A DNA stretch of 53,816 nucleotides from the sequence record SRR22947727_230; one strand, written 5' to 3'. Below the pieces are notes generated by a model. It did no database searches. It saw only the letters and a program-made list of their open reading frames with translations, and was not told the origin of the DNA. The first letter of the stretch is position 1. The number at the start of each line of letters is the position of its first letter. Positions 47,491-53,816 of the stretch are shown piece by piece. The position numbers and the translations under genes were made by a program.

Positions 47491-49203
47491 GTGAGCAATA
47501 TACTTGTATTAATAGCTTATTATTTCTTAATTCTTATATCTATATTAGGATATGGACTCTTTTTTTTAGGAATATTAAAAAAGCAAATATCCCCAATTAA
47601 TTTAGGATATGCAGGATTATTTGGTATATTTGTCTTACTACTATACTCTTATCTAAGCAATTTTATATTAGCTCATTCAGAAATTCACAATATTTTATTA
47701 ATCATACTTGGTCTAATTTTATCTTTCCTAAAACTGTTTAAAAATTTTTCAAGCTATAAAAAAGAATTTATTTTAACTATTTTAGTGTTTTGTTTAATTT
47801 CTAGCTCTTTATTTTTATATAAAAATCATGATGATTTTCCATATTATCATTTTCCGTACACATACTATCTAACTCAACAAAGTTTTTATATTGGTGTTGG
47901 GCAATTTAACCATGGCTTTAGAACTCCATCTTCAATATTTTATTTAAACTCATTGTTTTATTTGCCTCATGCAAAATATTATTTATTTCACTTAGGATCC
48001 ATTTATATTTTAGGTTTTGCAAATATCATATTATTAAAAAATATTGATAATTTTTTTTCATATCTAAAATTTAAAAAAAAAAAAATAGATATTACAAATT
48101 ATCTTAGTCTATTTTCAATAATTTTTATTAATATATTTTTTTACAGAATTGCAGAACACGGAACAGATAGATCGGCACAAATATTAATATTTTTATTTAT
48201 AATAGAGCTACTAATTTTTATAAATTTAAAAAAAATTAAAAGTGCAGATTTGTTCAATTTATATTTGTTAGCAGCATTTATAATATCTTTGAAAGCATTT
48301 TACATACTGTATGCAGTTTTTTTTATACCTTTACTTTTATTTGTTAAGTCAAAAAACCAAACATATATTCAGGCAATAAATTTTTTATTCATAAATAAAT
48401 TTTTTTCTATGTTTTTGTTAATGTTATTTTTTACTTTATTTACTTACTTTATAAATACAGCGTGTATTATATATCCTTTAAGCTTTACTTGTTTTGATAA
48501 TCTTAATTGGGGTATAGCCAAAGATCAGGTTATTCAAATGAATAATCATTATGAATTATGGTCAAAAGGTGGTCTCACACCAACTTCTGAAGTATCAAAT
48601 CCGTCAGAGTACATACAGAGTTTTAACTGGGTTAAAAACTGGATAGATATTTATTTCTTTAATAAAGTTAGTGATTTTATTTTAGGACTATTTTTAACAA
48701 TTTTAATCGTGGGATTTTTTTTAAAAAGACACCTGTTTAAAGAAAAAAAAAATAAAATTAATAAATTTATTTACTTAATTTACATAATTATAATAATTTT
48801 AGGAGTAGAATGGTTTTATAATCATCCTGCTTTAAGATATGGAGGTTATTGTATTATTGCTCTATTATTCTTTATACCCATCTGTCTTAAACTTAATATA
48901 AATTATGTAGATTATAAGTACTATAGCAGATCAATTCTAATATTACTCGTAATTACTGTATTAGTTTTTAATATAAGAAATGTTAATAGAATAGTAAAAG
49001 AAGTTAATTTTTATAAATACAAACCATTACAAGAAAGCTTTTATAATTTAGATGATAATATCTTTCGTATTCAAAAAAAAATGGAAGAACATATATCTAA
49101 ATATAATGAATGCTCATATTTAAAAAAAAGATGTAACCAGGAAGGAAAAAAAGTATATATGAAATATGGTAAAATAATTTTTAATAATAGAGTTGAAGAT
49201 TAA
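47491..49203 (+). CDS. Multi-pass membrane protein (LIC_10190-like, possible GT-C)
   Basis: Many hydrophobic segments; HDDFPYYH in the first loop, GTDRSAQ, CIIYP, HPALRYGG; GTG start. Confidence 0.65.
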   Translation: MSNILVLIAYYFLILISILGYGLFFLGILKKQISPINLGYAGLFGIFVLLLYSYLSNFILAHSEIHNILLIILGLILSFLKLFKNFSSYKKEFILTILVFCLISSSLFLYKNHDDFPYYHFPYTYYLTQQSFYIGVGQFNHGFRTPSSIFYLNSLFYLPHAKYYLFHLGSIYILGFANIILLKNIDNFFSYLKFKKKKIDITNYLSLFSIIFINIFFYRIAEHGTDRSAQILIFLFIIELLIFINLKKIKSADLFNLYLLAAFIISLKAFYILYAVFFIPLLLFVKSKNQTYIQAINFLFINKFFSMFLLMLFFTLFTYFINTACIIYPLSFTCFDNLNWGIAKDQVIQMNNHYELWSKGGLTPTSEVSNPSEYIQSFNWVKNWIDIYFFNKVSDFILGLFLTILIVGFFLKRHLFKEKKNKINKFIYLIYIIIIILGVEWFYNHPALRYGGYCIIALLFFIPICLKLNINYVDYKYYSRSILILLVITVLVFNIRNVNRIVKEVNFYKYKPLQESFYNLDDNIFRIQKKMEEHISKYNECSYLKKRCNQEGKKVYMKYGKIIFNNRVED

Positions 49204-49540
49204 AATATTAATTTTACTATTATTAAGTTTTTTGATTTTGTTTATTAAAAACAATTTAATAAAATAGATATACTATTTAAAATTGATATATACAAAAGTG
49301 AATCTATAAATTTATTTCTTGGCCATATGAATGTTAAAAAGGATTATTTCATTTGAACTAAGTTCAGTAAATTTTTATGATTGTAAAATATTAGATGATT
49401 TTAATAGTGAAATAAATAATCAAGAAACTTTGGCTTAAATGTTCATCATTAATTTCTTTAACATTAATAGGAATGAAGACATTTTGATAGCCTAGGTCAA
49501 TTTTTTGCCTTAAAAACATTCATAAATTCATCTTTTTTTA
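49193..49540 (+). pseudogene. Decayed FkbM-family methyltransferase
   Basis: From 49282: IDI--YKSESINLFLGHMNVK/(frameshift)RIISFELSSVNF aligns with LDVGSHHGETILFFSDNFHINQVHGFEPSATNF of the 52626 FkbM; a later NFGL matches NYGL. Boundaries are approximate. Confidence 0.55.
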
Positions 49541-49573
49541 AATGTAAATAAAAAATTATTATGAATAAATAAA

Positions 49574-50701
49574 ATGCGTAAAAAAAAACTTATCATTTGT
49601 TTTCATCCTTACTCATATTTAGGTGGTGCAACTATTTCATTGAGCCAATTATTAAATGGAATGGATAAAAAAAAATATAAAATTGTCTTCTTATATATAA
49701 AAAAAGATGACAATTTAAATTTAAATAAAAATATAAAAATTATTAAAATTAAGAGCTCAAGAACTTTATTTAGTATTATTCAAGTTAGAAAAATATTATC
49801 TAAATATAATAATGAAAAATTTAGTAAAAAAATATATATTTCGAATCAAAATTACTCAAATATTTTTACATCCTTTATTTTAAAAGATTTTCAAAATTTT
49901 AAATCAGTATTAATTGAAAGAAATCACCTTGATGAGATGAATTACTATGAATCAATAAAAGATTTTTTAAAAAAGAGTATTATAAAAATTATTATGAGAA
50001 TTAACTATAGTAAAGCAACATCAATAATAGGTAATTCTAAAAAACTTTCAAAAGATCTTTCAGTTTTTGTTAATAAAAAAGTTAACACAATTTATAGCCC
50101 AACTAATTCAAGTAAAATTATTAAGTTATCAAAATCATATTTACCTAGTGTCATTAAAAAAGACACATCGAGAACTAGATTATTATCTGTCTCGAGATTC
50201 ACTAAAAGAAAAGATATATTAACTTTACTTGAAGCTTTTAATGAATTGAGTAATAAATACAAAAATATTGATCTAATTCTCATAGGTTATGGCCCTGAAC
50301 TAAATAATATAAATAAATTTGTTGAAGATAATAAACATTCAAACAGAGTTTTTGTTTTACCACCTAAAAAAAACCCATTTCCTTTTTTTGTAATTTCTGA
50401 TTTGTATATTATGACATCGCTATATGAAGGTTGTCCAAATTCAATTATTGAAGCAACAATATTGAACTTGCCAGTTATATCTTCTAACTGTAATTCTGGA
50501 CCGAGTGAGATTTTATTAAATGGCAGAGGTGGAACTTTTTATAAAAAGAAAAATAAATATTCTTTAAAAAAAAAAATCTCTTTATTCATGAATAATAAAA
50601 AATTTTTTAAAAAAAAATTGAAGGTTGCAAAAAAAAATATTAATAGATTTGAAGAAAAAAGAATTCTCAAGCAATATAATGAATTATTCAATGCTTTATA
50701 A
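49574..50701 (+). CDS. GT4 glycosyltransferase (PglJ-like)
   Basis: LGGA, IERN, VSRFTKRKD, SLYEGCPNSIIEA, CNSGPSEIL. Confidence 0.88.
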   Translation: MRKKKLIICFHPYSYLGGATISLSQLLNGMDKKKYKIVFLYIKKDDNLNLNKNIKIIKIKSSRTLFSIIQVRKILSKYNNEKFSKKIYISNQNYSNIFTSFILKDFQNFKSVLIERNHLDEMNYYESIKDFLKKSIIKIIMRINYSKATSIIGNSKKLSKDLSVFVNKKVNTIYSPTNSSKIIKLSKSYLPSVIKKDTSRTRLLSVSRFTKRKDILTLLEAFNELSNKYKNIDLILIGYGPELNNINKFVEDNKHSNRVFVLPPKKNPFPFFVISDLYIMTSLYEGCPNSIIEATILNLPVISSNCNSGPSEILLNGRGGTFYKKKNKYSLKKKISLFMNNKKFFKKKLKVAKKNINRFEEKRILKQYNELFNAL

Positions 50702-51499
50702 ATGATAGAAAAAAAATTTTTAATTTCAATTTTAATTATAAATTTTAACAATTCAAAATTATTAAAAAGAGCTATTAAATCTTGTTTGTTACAAAAGTAT
50801 AAAAATATAGAAATTTTAGTTTTTGATGATGGTTCAACAGATAATTTTGTAAAGGAGATAAAAAAAATAAAAACAAATAATAAAATAAGATTTTTTGAAA
50901 ATAAGAAAACTAAAAAAAAAACCAAGATAGCTAGTATTGACGCAAAAAATGGATATTATTTTCTGATTAAAAAATCCAAAGGAAATATAATTTGCTTACT
51001 TGATAGTGATGATTATTTTGATAAATCAAAAATTAGCATAGTAGCTGATCAATTTAGAAAAATTAAAAAAGCTAATTTTTTACAAAATTTACCAAATTTG
51101 AAGAAAAATCAAAAAAATAGTTCATTAAGTTTTTGGCCATATTTGGCTCCTGAAAGTTGTATTTCATTTCGAAGAAAATTTGTGAAAAAATTTATGAAAA
51201 AAAATCATAAATTACAAAATAAATTTGAGACTGTTTGGCTAGGTTTTAGATTAGGGGCATATGCATATTTTGTAGATAAGTCATTCATTTTCTGTAAAAA
51301 AAAATTAACTTACTACAGTAGCCATGGTGAATCTAAAAAATATCCACGTTTTGGATTCAATTGGTTTGAAAGAAGAATTAATTCTTTTGAATATCTATAT
51401 TTAATTAGTAATAAAAAATTATATTTCAAATTTAATTTTGATTTTTTAGTTACATTTATAATAATAAAAATCTATAAATTTTTTAAAAATTTTATATGA
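50702..51499 (+). CDS. GT2 glycosyltransferase
   Basis: ISILIINFN, FDDGSTD, LLDSDD. Confidence 0.85.
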   Translation: MIEKKFLISILIINFNNSKLLKRAIKSCLLQKYKNIEILVFDDGSTDNFVKEIKKIKTNNKIRFFENKKTKKKTKIASIDAKNGYYFLIKKSKGNIICLLDSDDYFDKSKISIVADQFRKIKKANFLQNLPNLKKNQKNSSLSFWPYLAPESCISFRRKFVKKFMKKNHKLQNKFETVWLGFRLGAYAYFVDKSFIFCKKKLTYYSSHGESKKYPRFGFNWFERRINSFEYLYLISNKKLYFKFNFDFLVTFIIIKIYKFFKNFI

Positions 51500-52629
51500 A
51501 AAAAAAAATTATTTTTAACAAACCATTTATTAACAACGATGCAAAGAAAAATATACTAGATGTTTTAAAAAAAAGAAATTTTACAGATGGTTTGTATCAA
51601 AAAAAATGTGAAAATTTTATAAAAAAAAAAATAAATTCTCAGTCAATTCACTTAACACATAGTTGTTCAAGTGCTCTTGAAATTGCAACAAGGTTAATAG
51701 ATTTAAAAAAAGATGATGAGGTTATTATTCCCTCATACACTTTTACATCAACAGCTAACTGTGTGATAATGAGTGGTGCAAAACCTGTTTTTGTCGATGT
51801 AAAATCAAATGATCTAAATATTGATCCGAAAGAGATAGAAAAAAAAATAAACAAAAAAACTAAAGCAATAATTATAGTTCACTATGCCGGTATTGCATGT
51901 GATATGAGTGAGATATTGAGAATTAAAAAAAAATACAATTTATTTATTATAGAGGATGCAGCTCATGCATTTACAGGAAAATATAAAAATTCCTATTTAG
52001 GAACAATTGGTGATTTTGGTGCTTTTAGTTTTCATGAAACTAAAAATTTAATTGCAGGACAAGGGGGAGCTCTATCAATAAATGATAAAAAATTTGTAAA
52101 AAATGCTAAATTAATTTTAGATAAAGGTACAGATCGATCTATTATAAAAAATAAAAAAAAGTATTATTCATGGAAAAGTGTTGGTTCTGAATACCGCGCA
52201 CCAGAATTAACTTCAGCATTACTATTCTCACAATTAAATAATTCCAAGACTATGCAAAAAAAAAGAAAAAATATTTGGGATTATTATTATGAAAAATTGA
52301 ATGCTTTACAAACAAATCTATTTTATACTTTAAATAAAGATACTATTTATAAAGAAAGCGCATATCACGTATTTCCAATTATTTTTCAAAATAAAAAATT
52401 TAGAAATCTTTTCATAAAATATATGAAGACTAAAAATGTAGAATGTTTTTTTCATTATTATCCTCTTCATTTATCAAGCTATGGAAAAAAAATATCTAAA
52501 TATAAACTAAAGAATACCGAAAAAATATACAATGGCCTTGTAAGATTGCCTCTTTATCCAGGTTTAAAAAAAGAAGAATTAATTTATATAATTAAGCAAA
52601 TTATAAGATTTGATAAAAAATATAAATGA
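51496..52629 (+). CDS. wecE: DegT-family aminotransferase, dTDP-4-amino-4,6-dideoxygalactose transaminase-like
   Basis: THSCSSALE, PSYTFTSTAN, VHYAG..CDM, EDAAHA, FSFHETKN..AGQGG, KGTDR, FHYYPLH. Confidence 0.8.
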   Translation: MKKKIIFNKPFINNDAKKNILDVLKKRNFTDGLYQKKCENFIKKKINSQSIHLTHSCSSALEIATRLIDLKKDDEVIIPSYTFTSTANCVIMSGAKPVFVDVKSNDLNIDPKEIEKKINKKTKAIIIVHYAGIACDMSEILRIKKKYNLFIIEDAAHAFTGKYKNSYLGTIGDFGAFSFHETKNLIAGQGGALSINDKKFVKNAKLILDKGTDRSIIKNKKKYYSWKSVGSEYRAPELTSALLFSQLNNSKTMQKKRKNIWDYYYEKLNALQTNLFYTLNKDTIYKESAYHVFPIIFQNKKFRNLFIKYMKTKNVECFFHYYPLHLSSYGKKISKYKLKNTEKIYNGLVRLPLYPGLKKEELIYIIKQIIRFDKKYK

Positions 52630-53336
52630 TAGATAAAATTCCAAAATTGTTCATTAACATAGTAGATTTGTATAATAAAAAAAAGATTCTCAATTTTTTT
52701 AAGCAAAGATTTTCTAACTCAAAATTATTTATATTGGATGTAGGTTCACATCATGGCGAAACAATTTTATTTTTTTCTGATAATTTTCATATAAATCAAG
52801 TACATGGTTTCGAACCAAGTGCTACGAATTTTTTAGCTTTAAAAAAAAATGTTAAAAAAATTAAAAATATTAAAATACATAATTATGGACTAGGTAATAA
52901 ATATGGAATATTTAATTTTACCCAAACTAGTGAAAGTTCTTCTTCAACATTCGTGAAAATAAATGAGCAATCCACATATTTTAAAAAAAAATATCTGATT
53001 CTAAATTTAGGACAAAAAAAAAATAATTTAAAAAAAACTCAATGCTCTCTTGAAACTGGAAAAAATTTTTTTGAAAAAAACAAATTGAGTTATGTAGATT
53101 TACTCAAAATTGACACTGAGGGCTTTGAATTTGAGGTATTAGAAGGAATTGGTAATCATATAAAGAAAATTAAATTTATATATTTTGAGCATCATTTTGA
53201 TGACATGCTACAAAAAAGTTATAAATTAACTGATATACATAGTTTTTTAGTCAAAAAAAACTTTAAAAAAGTTTTTAAGATAAAAATGAGTTTCAGGAAA
53301 GCATTTGAATATGTATATGAAAACAAAGAATTGTAA
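52626..53336 (+). CDS. FkbM-family methyltransferase
   Basis: LDVGSHHGE, GFEPS, DLLKIDTEGFEFEVLEG, FEH. Confidence 0.9.
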   Translation: MIDKIPKLFINIVDLYNKKKILNFFKQRFSNSKLFILDVGSHHGETILFFSDNFHINQVHGFEPSATNFLALKKNVKKIKNIKIHNYGLGNKYGIFNFTQTSESSSSTFVKINEQSTYFKKKYLILNLGQKKNNLKKTQCSLETGKNFFEKNKLSYVDLLKIDTEGFEFEVLEGIGNHIKKIKFIYFEHHFDDMLQKSYKLTDIHSFLVKKNFKKVFKIKMSFRKAFEYVYENKEL

Positions 53337-53345
53337 AAATTATTT

Positions 53346-53816
53346 ATGAAAAAAAAAGCACTAATTTTTGGTATAACTGGACAGGACGGATCTTATTTGG
53401 CAGAATTTTTATTAAAAAAAAATTATGTTGTTCATGGTATTAAAAGAAGATCATCATCCTTAAATACAGGAAGAGTTGACCATCTTTATCAAGACCCCCA
53501 TGAAAAAAATAGAAAATTTATTTTACACTATGGAGATGTGACTGATGCTCTTTCAGTCTCGTCATTGATAAAAAATATTAAACCAGATGAAATTTATAAC
53601 CTAGCAGCTCAATCACATGTTGCAGTTTCATTTGAAGTACCAGAATATACTGCTAATGCTGATGCTATTGGTGCATTAAGAATTTTAGAAGGAATAAAAT
53701 TTCATAGACTAGAAAATAAAACAAAATTTTATCAAGCAGGCACATCTGAAATGTTTGGAAAAGTTATGGAAATACCTCAAACAGAAAAAACACCATTTTA
53801 TCCAAGAAGTCCTTAT
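53346..53816 (+). CDS. gmd: GDP-mannose 4,6-dehydratase (partial, runs off the right edge; not in ORF track)
   Basis: Manual translation [23 protein letters not shown]...[18 protein letters not shown]...[19 protein letters not shown]...[11 protein letters not shown]...PFYPRSPY. Confidence 0.95.
   Translation, partial: MKKKALIFGITGQDGSYLAEFLLKKNYVVHGIKRRSSSLNTGRVDHLYQDPHEKNRKFILHYGDVTDALSVSSLIKNIKPDEIYNLAAQSHVAVSFEVPEYTANADAIGALRILEGIKFHRLENKTKFYQAGTSEMFGKVMEIPQTEKTPFYPRSPY

Noticed and set aside
603-51854. Short antisense ORFs in the track (e.g. 603-803, 1101-1376, 2768-3136, 10025-10468, 19703-19915, 20151-20366, 24311-24517, 26557-26745, 27754-27963, 33217-33405, 33876-34112, 34293-34511, 40411-40659, 42996-43271, 45164-45358, 50092-50283, 50539-50925, 51648-51854)
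   Set aside because: All overlap well-supported genes on the opposite strand and are F/L/I/S-rich mirrors of Lys/Asn/Glu-rich coding sequence, with no recognisable motifs.
1-53816. CRISPR array, tRNA/rRNA, IS or integrase, prophage or defence system
   Set aside because: No regularly spaced repeats, cloverleaf, rRNA-like segment or corresponding protein motifs were seen.

Overview
Very AT-rich, densely packed bacterial surface-glycan (O-antigen/capsule/glycosylation) biosynthesis island of about 50 genes. Composition and gene content suggest a Pelagibacterales (SAR11)-type hypervariable region; that taxonomy is inferred, not demonstrated. The left half is a non-canonical pseudaminic-acid-type (nonulosonate) cluster: pseB, pseC, pseG, spsF, two short NeuB-family synthases, a GNAT, a class III aminotransferase, an aldo/keto reductase (AKR), three ATP-grasp ligases, a split ThDP decarboxylase plus Fe-ADH, DUF4910, GH57-like, HD-like and kinase genes. 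A cobalamin riboswitch-btuB-DUF6580 uptake module sits inside this operon, bracketed by a diverged direct repeat of the AKR/pseG gene junction. The middle holds an ABC flippase and a four-gene cassette (DRE-TIM aldolase, KdsB-like CMP-ulosonate synthetase, sialyltransferase-like ORF, cobalamin-dependent radical SAM enzyme) flanked by decayed copies of its own termini. The right half has many glycosyltransferases, nucleotide-sugar enzymes (rfbF/rfbG-like, epimerases, wecE-like, gmd), FkbM methyltransferases and one FkbM pseudogene. The best candidate for a new system is a glycan island that carries its own riboswitch-controlled B12 importer, plausibly to supply a B12-radical-SAM enzyme that modifies a novel ulosonic acid. 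No rRNA, tRNA, CRISPR array, integrase or transposase was recognised. All family assignments come from motif recognition by eye; no searches were run.
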